Shown: positions 8,807 to 19,440, counted from the stretch's first letter. The stretch is DNA of 64,000 nucleotides from an uncultured Clostridia bacterium (GCA_947383095.1 CANDBZ010000001.1:1671-65670), one strand, 5' to 3'. The notes: generated from the letters alone by a model not told the origin. Translations and numbers: made by a program.

Positions 8807-9609
8807 TGGCGAAATTATTTATTGTCGGCACACCTATAGGAAATTTGCAGGATATCACGCTTCGCGCGCTCGATACGCTTAAAACCGTCGACGTGATTGC
8901 GTGCGAAGACACAAGGCATTCGCTACCCTTGCTCTCGCACTTCGACATACGCGCAAAGCTTATAGCTTATCATAAATTCAATGAAGCGGAATGCAGCGAG
9001 CGTATCATAAGCCTCATACGAGACGGCAAAAATGTCGCGCTGATAACCGACGCGGGCATGCCGTCGATAAGCGACCCCGGCGCGGAGCTTATCTTTCAGT
9101 GTCGCAAGCAAAACGTAGAAACAGAACTCGTGCCCGGTCCCACAGCAGTTGCAAGCGCGATAGCCTTGAGCGGGATAAAATCCGCGGGTTTTACTTTTTT
9201 GGGGTTTTTACCGGAGAAAAAGTCGGATAAAACGTCTTTATTATCAAAATTTGCAAATAGCGGACTGCCGATTGTGATATACGTGGCGCCCCATGACCTC
9301 GCAAAGACCGCGCAGATTCTGTTTGAAATTTTGGGCGACAGAACGGTGCACGTCGCAAGAGAGCTCACAAAGATCCACGAAAGCGTGACGACCACGACGC
9401 TTGCGCAATTTGCTTGCGAGGAACGCGGCGAAATCGTAATGATAATAGAAGCGTCCGAGACGCAAAGCCCTCTGAATTCCCTCACGGTGAGCGAGCACAT
9501 AGCGCATTATATAGATATGGGTATGGACAAAAAAGACGCGGTCAAGCAGGTCGCAAAAGACAGAAACCTGCCGAAAAACGAAATATATCAACAAGCTATA
9601 CAGCTTTAA
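8806..9609 (+). CDS. rsmI: 16S rRNA (cytidine1402-2'-O)-methyltransferase
   Basis: LFIVGTPIGNLQDITLRALDTLKTVDVIACEDTRHS is the canonical RsmI N-terminus. TAATG stop/start overlap with the upstream gene. Confidence 0.92.
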   Translation: MAKLFIVGTPIGNLQDITLRALDTLKTVDVIACEDTRHSLPLLSHFDIRAKLIAYHKFNEAECSERIISLIRDGKNVALITDAGMPSISDPGAELIFQCRKQNVETELVPGPTAVASAIALSGIKSAGFTFLGFLPEKKSDKTSLLSKFANSGLPIVIYVAPHDLAKTAQILFEILGDRTVHVARELTKIHESVTTTTLAQFACEERGEIVMIIEASETQSPLNSLTVSEHIAHYIDMGMDKKDAVKQVAKDRNLPKNEIYQQAIQL

Positions 9610-9615
9610 AAAATA

Positions 9616-9640
9616 AAAGGGCGGAAGTTATCCGCCCTTT
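9616..9640. terminator. bidirectional intrinsic terminator between rsmI and rubrerythrin
   Basis: Stem aaagggcgga/tccgcccttt with loop agtta, flanked by A-run and T-run, in the 44-nt convergent gap. Confidence 0.7.
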
Positions 9641-9653
9641 ATATCATGCCATA

Positions 9654-10190
9654 TTATTTGAAATATCTTGCCAAGAAGCCTGCAAACGCTTTGCCGTGAC
9701 GGGCTTCGTCGCGCGCCATCTCATGCACCGTGTCATGAATTGCGTCAAGTCCTTCCTCTTTCGCGCGTTTTGCGATCTGCGTTTTGCCTGCGGTCGCGCC
9801 GTTTTCAGCAGCGACTCTCATCTCGAGATTTTTCTTGGTGCTGTCCGTGACAAGCTCGCCGAGCATTTCGCAGAATTTCGCCGCATGCTCCGCCTCTTCG
9901 AACGCAGCCTTTTCCCAATACATGCCTATCTCGGGATAGCCCTCTCTGTATGCGACTCTTGCCATAGCAAGGTACATACCTACCTCTGTGCACTCGCCCT
10001 CGAAATTCGCCTTCAAACCGTCGTATATGTCTTGAGGCACGTTTTTGCCGACACCGACCACATGCTCTGCCGCCCAGGACATCTCATTGCTCTCCTCTTT
10101 CTTGAGCGCCGCCTTGCATATCGGGCAGACCGCGGGCGGATTTTCGCCTTCGTAAACATAGCCGCAAACGGGACATACGTATTTTGCCAT
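9654..10190 (-). CDS. rbr: reverse rubrerythrin (N-terminal rubredoxin-like domain + diiron ferritin-like domain)
   Basis: N-terminal CPVCGY...CPICKA rubredoxin-type Cys pairs, followed by ExxH diiron motifs (EEAEHAAKF, DEARHGKAF). The ATG at 10190 follows AAAGGAGAG; the ORF-track start at 10226 is upstream of the RBS. Confidence 0.85.
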   Translation of the reverse strand: MAKYVCPVCGYVYEGENPPAVCPICKAALKKEESNEMSWAAEHVVGVGKNVPQDIYDGLKANFEGECTEVGMYLAMARVAYREGYPEIGMYWEKAAFEEAEHAAKFCEMLGELVTDSTKKNLEMRVAAENGATAGKTQIAKRAKEEGLDAIHDTVHEMARDEARHGKAFAGFLARYFK

Positions 10191-10254
10191 AATAGTTCTC
10201 TCCTTTAATAAATGTTTTATATTCACCGCACAGCGGTTGAATCCTTTCGATAAG

Positions 10255-10650
10255 TTATCGCAAAGAGCCGTTGTCTATGCAGTCCTTGCATACGCCGTTG
10301 AACAAAACCTGCGCGCCCTCGATAATGTGCCTGTCGTCGTCCAAAGCCGCGTTGAATTTGTTCTCGTCCATACTGACGTCCCATACCTTACCGCATTTGT
10401 TGCAGACAAAATGTGCGTGCATGCTCAACGTTTTGTCGAAGACCGACGGTGCGTTTTGCATATTTATCTCCAATATTTTTCCGTCCGCCGCAAGTCTTTT
10501 CAATATTCTGTAGACAGTGCCGAGGCTTATCGACGGCAATTCTTCTTTTGCACGCATATAAACTGCTTCGGCCGTAGGATGATCGCAAGCGGAAAACACG
10601 ATTTTTTCTACGATCTCTTTTTGTATCGTGTTTCTGTTAGTTTCCGCCAT
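10255..10650 (-). CDS. Fur family transcriptional regulator, PerR-like
   Basis: 131 aa. Winged-helix LGTVYRILKRL, HAHFVCNKCGKVWDV and CKDC metal-site motifs. Adjacent to rubrerythrin, as in clostridial PerR regulons. Confidence 0.85.
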   Translation of the reverse strand: MAETNRNTIQKEIVEKIVFSACDHPTAEAVYMRAKEELPSISLGTVYRILKRLAADGKILEINMQNAPSVFDKTLSMHAHFVCNKCGKVWDVSMDENKFNAALDDDRHIIEGAQVLFNGVCKDCIDNGSLR

Positions 10651-10661
10651 ACAACTCCTTA

Positions 10662-10684
10662 TTGATAATTATTCTTATTATCAA
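10662..10684 (-). promoter_or_regulatory. Fur/PerR-box-like operator (TTGATAAT-N7-ATTATCAA)
   Basis: Perfect 8-bp inverted repeat separated by 7 nt, starting 1 nt downstream of the predicted -10 and ending 3 nt before the AAGGAG RBS of the Fur-family gene. Confidence 0.55.
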
Positions 10685-10685
10685 T

Positions 10686-10714
10686 ATTGTATAACTATTA
10701 TTACATATTGTCAA
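10686..10714 (-). promoter_or_regulatory. sigma-A promoter of the perR-like/rubrerythrin unit
   Basis: On the minus strand: TTGACA (10709-10714), exactly 17 nt of spacer, then TACAAT (10686-10691). Confidence 0.6.
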
Positions 10715-10790
10715 GACCAAATACAGATTTTACCAAAAACTTTTGACTATAAACAAATTTCGGCTAAATACCGACCGTTATAAAAGCAAA

Positions 10791-11837
10791 TTAATTTCTC
10801 AATATTTGCCACAGCGCGGTCATTAGCTCGTTATCTTTATCGCATGACAAATGCCAACAAAACACTCCGCCGTAACCGTATTTTTCGACGTATTTCGCTT
10901 TGCGCATTATTTGCGTTTTGGTATAGAATGAGATGAGATTGCCGTTGTAAACCGCATGAGAATAATCCTTCTTTTGGATCAATTTCGCCTGCCCTGTTTC
11001 GATAAGCTCTTCAATTTGCGCATAGGTTAAGTAGTCACACTCGCTGTTTTCGCATCTTCCGTAAAACGGCAATCCCCAATTGAGTTGATTTTTGCCGTAT
11101 CCTGCAAGCTGATAATGAAACATGACGGATCTGCTGTCCGACAATGACGAATGTCGCTTCATCCCCATGTCGTACAGCATAACGTTGACAAAGTTCACGA
11201 CCTTCTTAAGTCTGATATTTTCATATCCGTCCGCTATCGCTTTCGCTCCCGCGCCCGCAAACGATAAAACGGTTCCTTCCGGCAAGCCATGGCGCATATC
11301 TTCCAACAGCGACGCGTGATCGGACGCGCAATTGCGACACCGCTGCGCGTCGTTGACGGAATACGTCGGATACTCCCAATCGATATCAAATCCGACAAGA
11401 TCATATTCATCCATCAATTTTCTGCACTGCGTCACAATATTCGCACGGCTTGTCGGTGTATGCGTCGCAACGCACATACCGTCGTTTACGGCGCTTGTCG
11501 CTATAGATAACATCAATTTAACTTGCGGAAAACTACTCTTTAAATAATGCGATAAACGCCTCAAACCGTCCTCATTTTCTATATATACTTTAAGCGAAGT
11601 TCCGTCGATATGCGCAAACGCATATATCAAATGCGTGATATGCGCAAAATCATATGTATCTAGATTGATGTTCGCCGAACCGGACGTAAAATATGCGATC
11701 ACCCTGACAGGCTCGTCAAGCAACGGCTTGTAAAACAGAATACCCAAAAATGCAGCGGTCAAAACAAGCGCCGCAATTAATAAAATGCAAGCGATAATAA
11801 TTATAATTCTTTTCTTTTTCCCTATAATATTCGCCAT
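10791..11837 (-). CDS. membrane-anchored glycoside hydrolase family 18 (chitinase-like) protein
   Basis: GH18 catalytic motif GFDIDWEYP (DxxDxDxE). N-terminal TM helix IIIIIACILLIAALVLTAAFLGILF. TIM-barrel-length body. Confidence 0.85.
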   Translation of the reverse strand: MANIIGKKKRIIIIIACILLIAALVLTAAFLGILFYKPLLDEPVRVIAYFTSGSANINLDTYDFAHITHLIYAFAHIDGTSLKVYIENEDGLRRLSHYLKSSFPQVKLMLSIATSAVNDGMCVATHTPTSRANIVTQCRKLMDEYDLVGFDIDWEYPTYSVNDAQRCRNCASDHASLLEDMRHGLPEGTVLSFAGAGAKAIADGYENIRLKKVVNFVNVMLYDMGMKRHSSLSDSRSVMFHYQLAGYGKNQLNWGLPFYGRCENSECDYLTYAQIEELIETGQAKLIQKKDYSHAVYNGNLISFYTKTQIMRKAKYVEKYGYGGVFCWHLSCDKDNELMTALWQILRN

Positions 11838-11910
11838 ATCCTAGGTTTATCTTAACAGGCGCATGTCCGCTTGTCAATTCGGCTTTTTGTGTCGGATCTT
11901 GTTGCAATAT

Positions 11911-11940
11911 AAAAAAAGCGGCTGACGACAGCCGCTTTTT
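11911..11940 (-). terminator. intrinsic terminator after rplL
   Basis: Stem gcggctg/cagccgc with loop acga. A 7-nt A-run on the plus strand gives T7 on the minus strand, 15 nt after the rplL stop. Confidence 0.8.
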
Positions 11941-11954
11941 CGCATTTGACAAAG

Positions 11955-12326
11955 TTATTTGATTTCCGCAGTTGCGCCGACCTCTTTGAACTTCGCAACA
12001 AGAGCTTCCGCCGCATCTTTGGGCATAGCTTCTTTGACCGTCTTGGGCGCTCCGTCGACAACGCCCTTTGCCTCGACAAGTCCGAGACCGGTTGCGTCCT
12101 TGACGACCTTGATGACTTGCACCTTGTTGGGACCGACTTCCTTGAGGACGACGTCAAACTCCGTCTTTTCTTCCTCCGCGGGACCTGCCGCCACTGCCGC
12201 GCCTGCCGCCGCAACGGGAGCCGCCGCGCTTACGCCGAATTCCTCTTCGAGTTGCTTGACAAAGTCATTGAGCTCAAGCACTGTCATGCTTTTGATTTCT
12301 TCCATAAGTTTATTCAAATCTGCCAT
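11955..12326 (-). CDS. rplL: 50S ribosomal protein L7/L12
   Basis: [32 protein letters not shown]..., an Ala-rich hinge, and C-terminal [23 protein letters not shown]. Confidence 0.97.
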   Translation of the reverse strand: MADLNKLMEEIKSMTVLELNDFVKQLEEEFGVSAAAPVAAAGAAVAAGPAEEEKTEFDVVLKEVGPNKVQVIKVVKDATGLGLVEAKGVVDGAPKTVKEAMPKDAAEALVAKFKEVGATAEIK

Positions 12327-12392
12327 TTTTTTATTCTCCGTTAATATTTATTTTTTTTCTGACCGAGTCAGTGGTGTACAACCTTCGGTTGA

Positions 12393-12893
12393 TTACGCTT
12401 GGGCTTCTTTGCCCTCTGCTATCATGCTCAAGCATCTTGCCAACTTGGATATCGGCGATTGCATGCTGCCCAGCATCTTTGCGAGCAAGATTTCCTTTGA
12501 CGGAATGTCTGCTATTTGCTTCAAGCCTGCTTCATCCATAAACTGACCTTCGACCATGCCGCACTTCGTCTTCATTTTGTTGAACGCCTTGATGTTTTTG
12601 ACGATAAACTTGGCGGGGGCTACTGCGTCCGAATCGGAGAAAGCAACTGCCGTCGGTCCGTTTAGAGCCTCGTCGAACTGGGTGTAGCCCAACTCGTTGA
12701 ATGCGATCTTGACAAGACGGTTTTTGAGGACTGCATAGTCAACGCCGTTTTCGCGCAGCTCCTTGCGGAACGCCGTGTCTTGAGCGACCGTCAGGCCCAT
12801 GTAATCGAGAATGACCAACGACTTCGCGGAAGATATCTTTGACTTGATTTCCTCAACCTGTTGTTTCTTGGCTTCAAGAACTTGCTGATTCAT
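12393..12893 (-). CDS. rplJ: 50S ribosomal protein L10
   Basis: 166 aa. The L10 pattern (...SLVILDYMGLTVAQDTAFRKELRENGVDYAVLKNRL) plus its position upstream of rplL. Confidence 0.95.
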   Translation of the reverse strand: MNQQVLEAKKQQVEEIKSKISSAKSLVILDYMGLTVAQDTAFRKELRENGVDYAVLKNRLVKIAFNELGYTQFDEALNGPTAVAFSDSDAVAPAKFIVKNIKAFNKMKTKCGMVEGQFMDEAGLKQIADIPSKEILLAKMLGSMQSPISKLARCLSMIAEGKEAQA

Positions 12894-13135
12894 CTTTACC
12901 TCCTATGATATTGACCGGACTTTCGTCCGAAAAAATAAGCGTCATTCCATGAGAATGACGCGAATAATACGGGAGTATCAAGCTTCATCCTCGGCAAGCA
13001 CTACGTTTACGGCAAATGCCACTTGCTGTCTTTGGAATACATTTATATTACTGTTTTTTTTTGACTATGTCAACCGAAAAGCACAACTTTTCGCATAGTT
13101 TTATTACTTGCGCGCATATGCGCGCAAGCGCTGCT
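12894..13135 (-). promoter_or_regulatory. candidate ribosomal protein L10 leader / rplJL 5' UTR
   Basis: A 242-nt untranslated gap between rplA and rplJ, where Firmicutes carry the L10 autoregulatory leader. It contains a 22-nt perfect palindrome at 13107-13128. The structure was not modelled. Confidence 0.3.
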
Positions 13136-13822
13136 TTACACTCTGTATATCACCTTGATGCCGGGGCCCATCGTCGAAGCGATATAGATGGAACGGAAAT
13201 ATACGCCCTTTGCCGCCGCCGGCTTCGCCTTGAGCAAAGCTTCCATAAGCGTATTATAGTTTTCCGTCAGCTTCTCTACGCCGAACGACGCCTTGCCGAA
13301 AGGCACGTGGCAGATAGCCTGTTTGTCGACTCTGTATTCCACTTTACCGGCTTTGATATCGTGGATAGCGCGGGTGAGGTCCATGGTGACGGTGCCTGAT
13401 TTGGGGTTTGGCATCAAGCCCTTGGGACCGAGCACCTTACCCAAACGACCCACAACGCCCATCATGTCGGGAGTTGTGACGATAACGTCGTAGTCAAACC
13501 AATTTTCCTGCTGGATCTTTTGGACCATCTCGTCGCCGCCGACAAAGTCCGCGCCTGCCGCAGTTGCTTCGTCCGCCTTTGCGCCCTTGCAAATGGCGAG
13601 CACACGGAGGGTTTTACCCGTGCCGTTGGGCAGGACGACAACGCCTCTGACCTGTTGATCGGCATGACGGGGATCGATACCGAGCTTGACGTGCAATTCT
13701 ATCGTTTCATCGAATTTTGACTTTGCCGTCTGAAGCGCAAGCTCGATCGCCTCCGCGCCCTCGTACGTCTTCGTCTTATCGATGAGTTTTTTCGAATCTA
13801 CATAATTCTTTCCGCGTTTCAT
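13136..13822 (-). CDS. rplA: 50S ribosomal protein L1
   Basis: 228 aa with [24 protein letters not shown], the canonical L1 motif. Confidence 0.97.
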   Translation of the reverse strand: MKRGKNYVDSKKLIDKTKTYEGAEAIELALQTAKSKFDETIELHVKLGIDPRHADQQVRGVVVLPNGTGKTLRVLAICKGAKADEATAAGADFVGGDEMVQKIQQENWFDYDVIVTTPDMMGVVGRLGKVLGPKGLMPNPKSGTVTMDLTRAIHDIKAGKVEYRVDKQAICHVPFGKASFGVEKLTENYNTLMEALLKAKPAAAKGVYFRSIYIASTMGPGIKVIYRV

Positions 13823-13836
13823 ATTCGTTCCTCCTC

Positions 13837-14262
13837 TTATTGCTCTACAAGCACGCCCATGCTGCGCGCAGTGCCTGCGACCATGCTCATAGCCGACTCG
13901 ATATTGGCGGCATTCAGATCGGGCATCTTTTGCGTCGCGATTTCCTGAAGCTGCGCTTTGGTGAGCGTTGCAACTTTGGTCTTGTTGGGCGCAGACGAGC
14001 CGCTGTTCAAATTACATGCCTTTTTGATAAGCACGGGAACGGGCGGGGTCTTGAGAATGAACGTAAAGGAGTGGTCCTGATAGATGGTGATGACGACGGG
14101 GATAATGAGGCCCGCGTCCTTTGCCGTCTTTTCATTGAACTCCTTTGTAAAACCTGCGATATTGATGCCGTGAGGGCCAAGCGTAGAACCGACGGGCGGT
14201 CCGGGAGTAGCTTTGCCGGCGGGCAACTGCAATTTTACAACTGCTGTAATCTTTTTAGCCAT
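13837..14262 (-). CDS. rplK: 50S ribosomal protein L11
   Basis: [38 protein letters not shown], the canonical L11 sequence. Confidence 0.97.
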   Translation of the reverse strand: MAKKITAVVKLQLPAGKATPGPPVGSTLGPHGINIAGFTKEFNEKTAKDAGLIIPVVITIYQDHSFTFILKTPPVPVLIKKACNLNSGSSAPNKTKVATLTKAQLQEIATQKMPDLNAANIESAMSMVAGTARSMGVLVEQ

Positions 14263-14382
14263 ATTTCCTCCTGACTAACGTGGTTTTCGCGACGGCGATA
14301 TTGGATTTGCCGCCTCCCACCTTGAAGCGATAAGGCTCGCTTCAAACCTTCGTTTGCGTTTAAGCAAACGTATTTTTGGCTA

Positions 14383-14919
14383 TCACAGTCTTTCGACTTG
14401 AGCGAAATCCAGCTCAACAGGCGTCTGACGCCCGAACATAGCCACGATAACTTTGACCTTTTGATGCTCCGCGCTGATGGAATCCACCACGCCGATAAAA
14501 TTTTCAAGAGCGCCGTTGATGATTTTCACATCGTCGCCGACCTTGATGTCAAAGTCTTCAATACTGATTGTTTCCAAACCGATACGTCTGATTTCCTCAT
14601 CCGTCAAAGCGATGGGGCGACCCGCAGAACCGACAAAACTCGTGACGCCGCGCGGCCTCGTCACCATAAACCAAATATGGCTGGTGTAAATCATCTTTAT
14701 AAAAACGTAACTTGGGAACTTTTTGCGCTGAATGACCTTCTTTTTGCCGTTTCTTTCAACGATATCGTCCTCTACCGGGATTTTGATATCGAAGATATAA
14801 TCGTGCAAATTGTTGTTTTCGATCATGTTGCGCAAATCGGTCTCGACAGAATTTTCATATCCCGAATACGTGTGGATAACATACCATTTGGGTTGTTCGT
14901 TTGTCATATTTGCTTCCAT
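14383..14919 (-). CDS. nusG: transcription termination/antitermination factor NusG
   Basis: KWYVIHTYSGYEN NGN domain and C-terminal KOW motif (VKIINGALENFIGVV). The ATG at 14919 follows GGGAGG; the ORF-track start at 14952 precedes the RBS. Confidence 0.93.
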   Translation of the reverse strand: MEANMTNEQPKWYVIHTYSGYENSVETDLRNMIENNNLHDYIFDIKIPVEDDIVERNGKKKVIQRKKFPSYVFIKMIYTSHIWFMVTRPRGVTSFVGSAGRPIALTDEEIRRIGLETISIEDFDIKVGDDVKIINGALENFIGVVDSISAEHQKVKVIVAMFGRQTPVELDFAQVERL

Positions 14920-14930
14920 AACGTCCTCCC

Positions 14931-15281
14931 TCAAATAAATATCGTTTTCCAACTACCATTTGTGATAAGTCCGAACACACCGGCAAGCACATAATCGATA
15001 ATGAACAAAACTACGAAGAAAAGCACAACGACAACCAGAACGACCGCCGTGTTGCTCCCGACTTCTTTGCCCTTCGGCCAAGTCACCTTTTTCAATTCTG
15101 AAAAAATGCCCTTGAGCCCTTTCCACATTCTTTTGAAGATATTGGGCTTATCGGAATTCTTTTTGACCGCTTTTTTTGTTTTTTTCGGCTCGTTGTTTGA
15201 ATCGACGTTGACAGCGGCTCTTTCCTGCTGCTTCATCGAGTCAAAATTTGAGGTATCGGTTTTCGGCTTTTTATTTGCCAT
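14931..15281 (-). CDS. secE: preprotein translocase subunit SecE (with Lys-rich N-terminal extension)
   Basis: C-terminal ELKKVTWPKGKEV plus a single TM helix (VVLVVVVLFFVVLFIIDYVL). Position between rpmG and nusG. Confidence 0.9.
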   Translation of the reverse strand: MANKKPKTDTSNFDSMKQQERAAVNVDSNNEPKKTKKAVKKNSDKPNIFKRMWKGLKGIFSELKKVTWPKGKEVGSNTAVVLVVVVLFFVVLFIIDYVLAGVFGLITNGSWKTIFI

Positions 15282-15302
15282 ATAGCCTCCTTTGCCCGCG
15301 CC

Positions 15303-15467
15303 TTACTTCGTTTCTCTGTGCAAGGTGTGCTTTTTGCAGAATCTGCAATACTTCTCCAACTCCATTCTGTCGGGATGCTTTTGCTTGTTTTTGGTCAAAT
15401 TGTAGTTGCGCTGCTTGCAATCCGTGCAAGCCAACACCACCTTGACCCTCGCTCCTTTTTGAGCCAT
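15303..15467 (-). CDS. rpmG: 50S ribosomal protein L33
   Basis: Translated by hand because it is below the ORF-track cutoff: [54 protein letters not shown], 54 aa. It has the L33 CxxC...CxxC zinc ribbon, and GGAGG lies upstream. Confidence 0.9.
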   Translation of the reverse strand: MAQKGARVKVVLACTDCKQRNYNLTKNKQKHPDRMELEKYCRFCKKHTLHRETK

Positions 15468-15558
15468 AGTAGCCTCCTTTTAGCTCTTGTCAATACGACG
15501 CCCCGCACGGCAAGCATTTTGCCGTGCAGAGCATATGTCTATATTAATTGAAAGAACT

Positions 15559-16764
15559 TTAGTCGATAATCTTGGCAACGACGCCGGAGCCAACCGTTCT
15601 GCCGCCCTCGCGGATAGCGAAACGGAGACCTTCTTCGATTGCGATAGGCGTGATCAAAGTGATTTCCATATCGATGTGGTCGCCGGGCATAACCATTTCA
15701 ACGCCCGCGGGCAGTTTGATGGAGCCGGTAACGTCCGTCGTTCTGAAATAGAATTGAGGACGATAACCATCGAAGAAAGGCGTGTGACGGCCACCCTCAT
15801 CCTTGGTCAAGACGTAAACTTGGCTTGTGAAATGAGTGTGGGGATGGATCGTGCCGGGCTTCGCAAGAACTTGTCCGCGCTCGATTTCGTTTCTCTGAAC
15901 GCCGCGGAGAAGTGCGCCGATGTTGTCGCCGCCCTCTGCGTAATCAAGAAGCTTGCGGAACATTTCGATACCGGTGACGGTCGTTTCCTTCTTCTCGGTG
16001 GACAAACCGACGATTTCGACTTTGTCGCCCATCTTCAAGACGCCGCGCTCGACTCTGCCGGTTGCGACGGTGCCGCGACCAGTAATGGTGAACACGTCTT
16101 CAACAGGCATAAGGAAGGGCTTGTCGGTGTCGCGCTGGGGATCCGGAATATAGCTGTCGACTGCCGCAAGCAATTCCTTGATAGGATCGAATGCGGGGTC
16201 GTCCCACTTCTCTGCAAGACCTGCTTCCATTGCTTTCAAAGCAGAACCGCGGATGATCGGGGTGTCGTCGCCGGGGAAGCCGTACTCGGAAAGAAGCTCG
16301 CGAACTTCCATCTCGACGAGCTCGAGAAGCTCTTCGTCGTCGACTTGGTCGGTCTTGTTGAGGAAGACCAGAATATAGGGAACGCCGACCTGACGTCCGA
16401 GAAGGATGTGCTCACGGGTTTGAGGCATGGGACCGTCGGAAGCTGCAACGACGAGGATCGCGCCGTCCATCTGCGCCGCGCCGGTGATCATGTTTTTGAC
16501 ATAGTCCGCGTGGCCGGGGCAGTCGACGTGAGCATAGTGACGCTTGTCGGTCTCATACTCAACGTGAGCGGTATTTATCGTGATACCTCTTGCTTTCTCC
16601 TCCGGAGCCTTGTCGATTTCGTCGTATTTCATCTCTTGAGCTTTGCCTTGAGATGCGCAATACATCGTGATAGCAGCGGTCAGAGTGGTCTTGCCGTGGT
16701 CGACGTGGCCAATCGTACCGATGTTAACGTGCGGCTTGGTTCTTTCAAACTTTGCTTTTGCCAT
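15559..16764 (-). CDS. tuf: elongation factor Tu
   Basis: 401 aa starting [33 protein letters not shown], with DCPGH and NKTD GTPase motifs. Confidence 0.99.
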   Translation of the reverse strand: MAKAKFERTKPHVNIGTIGHVDHGKTTLTAAITMYCASQGKAQEMKYDEIDKAPEEKARGITINTAHVEYETDKRHYAHVDCPGHADYVKNMITGAAQMDGAILVVAASDGPMPQTREHILLGRQVGVPYILVFLNKTDQVDDEELLELVEMEVRELLSEYGFPGDDTPIIRGSALKAMEAGLAEKWDDPAFDPIKELLAAVDSYIPDPQRDTDKPFLMPVEDVFTITGRGTVATGRVERGVLKMGDKVEIVGLSTEKKETTVTGIEMFRKLLDYAEGGDNIGALLRGVQRNEIERGQVLAKPGTIHPHTHFTSQVYVLTKDEGGRHTPFFDGYRPQFYFRTTDVTGSIKLPAGVEMVMPGDHIDMEITLITPIAIEEGLRFAIREGGRTVGSGVVAKIID

Positions 16765-16829
16765 AATTGAATTCCTCCAATATAATGTTTCTTATTTTAT
16801 TACCACAGTGATTATATAATATATATCAA

Positions 16830-18929
16830 TCACCTTTTGGAATCTTTAGCTTTCACATCGCCGATAATCTTCTCCGCCACGCTCTTTGGCACGGTTTCGT
16901 AGTGATCGAACAGCATTGTGAAATTTGCTCTGCCTTGCGTGATGCTGCGCAAGGACGTTGCGTATCCAAACATCTCGGACAGCGGAACGTCGCAATCCAC
17001 GACCTGCGCTCCGTTTCTCGGTTCAATACCCTTGACCTGTCCGCGACGGGAATTGAGGTTGCTCATAACGTCGCCCAGATAATCGTCGGGCGTGACTACC
17101 TCGACCTTCATGATAGGCTCGAGCAACGTCGGACCGGCCTTTGCGACGGCTTCCTTAAATGCGATCGAACCCGCGATCTTGAACGCCATTTCCGAGCTGT
17201 CGACCTCGTGCATACTGCCGTCGACAAGCTTGACCTTGAAATCGACGCATTCGTATCCGGCGAGAATACCGCTTTTCGAAGCCTCTTTGATGCCTTCCCA
17301 AGCCGCGTTGGCGTACTCCTTGCTGACTACGCCGCCGACGATGCAGTTTTCCATTTCCAGTCCGCCGCTCGGATTGGGCTCGATGTCGATAACGATATCG
17401 CCGTATTGACCGTGACCGCCGGACTGACGTACAAACTTGCCTTGCACGTGCGGCACCGCTCTTGTGATAGTCTCGCGATAGCTCACCTGCGGCGCGCCGA
17501 CGTTTGCCTCCACCTTGAATTCACGCGACATTCTGTCGATGATGATATCCAAGTGAAGCTCGCCCATGCCCGCTATGATGGTCTGTCCCGTTTCCTTATC
17601 CGTATACGCCTTAAACGTCGGGTCCTCCTCCTGCAGCTTCTGGATCGCGATATTCATCTTTTCTTGAGAAGCTTTGGATTTCGGCTCGATGGCGACCTTT
17701 ATGACCGGCTCCGGGAACACCATGTTTTCAAGGACGATCTGATGAGCTTTATCGGACAGCGTATCGCCCGTCGTGCTCTTTTTCAAGCCAATCACGGCGA
17801 CAATGTCGCCAGCGTACGCCACGTCGATATCCTCGCGGTTATCCGCGTTCATACGCAAAATACGTCCAATCCTCTCGTTTTCGCCTTTTACTGTGTTATA
17901 CACGGTAGAACCAGTCTCGAGCGTACCGGAATAAATGCGGATAAACGACAATTTGCCGACGTACTCGTCAGTCAGGATCTTGAACACCAGCGCGCTGAAC
18001 GGCTCGTTGTCGCCGTTGTGGCGTTGCTCCGGCTCTTCGGTCTTGGGATTTACGCCCTCGATGCTCGGCACGTCCGTCGGAGCGGGCAGGAAGTCAACGA
18101 CAGCGTCAAGCATAAGCTGCACGCCCGTATTCTTATAGGAGCTGCCGCACAGAACGGGATTTATCCTCATCTCTATAGTACCCTTGCGCAACGCCGCCTT
18201 GAGCTGGTCGAGCGTGATGGCGTCATAATCCTCCATTATGATACTGTCAAAGATACTCTCGTCGAAATCCGCCGCCGCCTCGAGCACCTTCAAGCGGTAT
18301 TCCGCCGCCTGCGCCTTGTATTCGTCGGGGATTTCCTTTTGCGTGACGGTGACGCCCTTGTCCTCCTGGCTGAAATAGAACGCTTTCATCGTGAGCAGGT
18401 CTATGACGCCCTCGAAGTCCGCCTCTTTGCCGATCGGCAGGGTGATAGGCACCGCGTTTGCGCCCAGCCTGTCCTTCATCATCGCGACGGCGTTGAAAAA
18501 ATTTGCGCCGTTGATGTCCATTTTGTTGACAAAGGCTATTCTCGGCACCTTATAGGTGTCCGCCTGTCTCCAGACGTTTTCCGATTGCGGCTCGACGCCG
18601 CCCTTTGCGCAAAAAACCGCCACTGCGCCGTCAAGCACTCTCAAGCTGCGTTCCACCTCGACGGTGAAATCAACGTGACCCGGTGTGTCGATTATGTTGA
18701 TTTGGCATCCCTTCCAAACGGCGGTCGTCGCCGCGGAAGTTATCGTGATACCTCTCTCGCGCTCTTGCTCCATGTAGTCCATCGTAGCAGAACCGTCATG
18801 GGTCTCTCCAAGCTTTCTGTTGACGCCGGTATAAAAGAGTATTCGCTCGGTTGTAGTGGTTTTGCCGGCGTCGATGTGAGCCATGATGCCGATATTTCTC
18901 ACTTGTTCAAGAGCATACTGTCTAGCCAT
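16830..18929 (-). CDS. fusA: elongation factor G
   Basis: 699 aa. [32 protein letters not shown] and NKMD motifs. Confidence 0.99.
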   Translation of the reverse strand: MARQYALEQVRNIGIMAHIDAGKTTTTERILFYTGVNRKLGETHDGSATMDYMEQERERGITITSAATTAVWKGCQINIIDTPGHVDFTVEVERSLRVLDGAVAVFCAKGGVEPQSENVWRQADTYKVPRIAFVNKMDINGANFFNAVAMMKDRLGANAVPITLPIGKEADFEGVIDLLTMKAFYFSQEDKGVTVTQKEIPDEYKAQAAEYRLKVLEAAADFDESIFDSIIMEDYDAITLDQLKAALRKGTIEMRINPVLCGSSYKNTGVQLMLDAVVDFLPAPTDVPSIEGVNPKTEEPEQRHNGDNEPFSALVFKILTDEYVGKLSFIRIYSGTLETGSTVYNTVKGENERIGRILRMNADNREDIDVAYAGDIVAVIGLKKSTTGDTLSDKAHQIVLENMVFPEPVIKVAIEPKSKASQEKMNIAIQKLQEEDPTFKAYTDKETGQTIIAGMGELHLDIIIDRMSREFKVEANVGAPQVSYRETITRAVPHVQGKFVRQSGGHGQYGDIVIDIEPNPSGGLEMENCIVGGVVSKEYANAAWEGIKEASKSGILAGYECVDFKVKLVDGSMHEVDSSEMAFKIAGSIAFKEAVAKAGPTLLEPIMKVEVVTPDDYLGDVMSNLNSRRGQVKGIEPRNGAQVVDCDVPLSEMFGYATSLRSITQGRANFTMLFDHYETVPKSVAEKIIGDVKAKDSKR

Positions 18930-18932
18930 AAA

Positions 18933-19403
18933 TTACCACCTATAATGCGCAAACGCCTTGTTAGCTTCCGCCGCGCGGTGCATTTCGTCTTTTCTCTTGA
19001 CTGCGCCGCCCGTCAGATTGAAAGCGTCCATAAGCTCGCCCGCAAGTCTTTGGTCCATAGTCTTCTCGCTTCTCTTTCTCGCAAACAAAACGAGCCAGCG
19101 TATGGCGAGAGTCTGTCTGCGCTCCGGACGGATCTCCATAGGGACCTGATAAGTGGAACCGCCGACTCTCCTCGCCTTGACTTCGAGCAAGGGCATCGCG
19201 TTTTCCAACGCCTTATTGAAAATATCCATAGGCTCCTGTCCGAGCTTTTGTGATGCAATATTAAACGCCTCGTAGACGATAGTTTGAGCCGTCCCCTTCT
19301 TGCCGTCCAGCATTATTTGGTTGATGAGCTTTGTCACAACCTTGCTGTTGTATACGGGATCCGGCAACACGTCTCTTTTAGGCACGCCACTCCTTCTTGG
19401 CAT
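18933..19403 (-). CDS. rpsG: 30S ribosomal protein S7
   Basis: 156 aa. MPRR....[23 protein letters not shown], the canonical S7 sequence. Confidence 0.98.
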   Translation of the reverse strand: MPRRSGVPKRDVLPDPVYNSKVVTKLINQIMLDGKKGTAQTIVYEAFNIASQKLGQEPMDIFNKALENAMPLLEVKARRVGGSTYQVPMEIRPERRQTLAIRWLVLFARKRSEKTMDQRLAGELMDAFNLTGGAVKRKDEMHRAAEANKAFAHYRW

Positions 19404-19440
19404 ATTTTACCTCCTGATTTTGATAGATTAATACATTCGA

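Noticed and set aside
15505-15527. 9-bp hairpin GCACGGCAA-gcatt-TTGCCGTGC between tuf and rpmG as a terminator
   Set aside because: No U-tract follows it on the minus strand, and rpmG-secE-nusG follow within 40 nt. It is more likely a processing or stability stem within a read-through transcript, and there is not enough evidence to call a terminator.
16902-19253. 783-aa plus-strand ORF antisense to fusA/rpsG, and analogous antisense ORFs at 15487-16770 (tuf), 35163-37268 (rpoB), 29828-31666 (rpoC), 21079-22299 (prfB), 25896-27278 (recD2) and 2647-3936
   Set aside because: They lie opposite universally conserved genes whose identity is certain. No RBS or recognisable domains. These are codon-bias artefacts.
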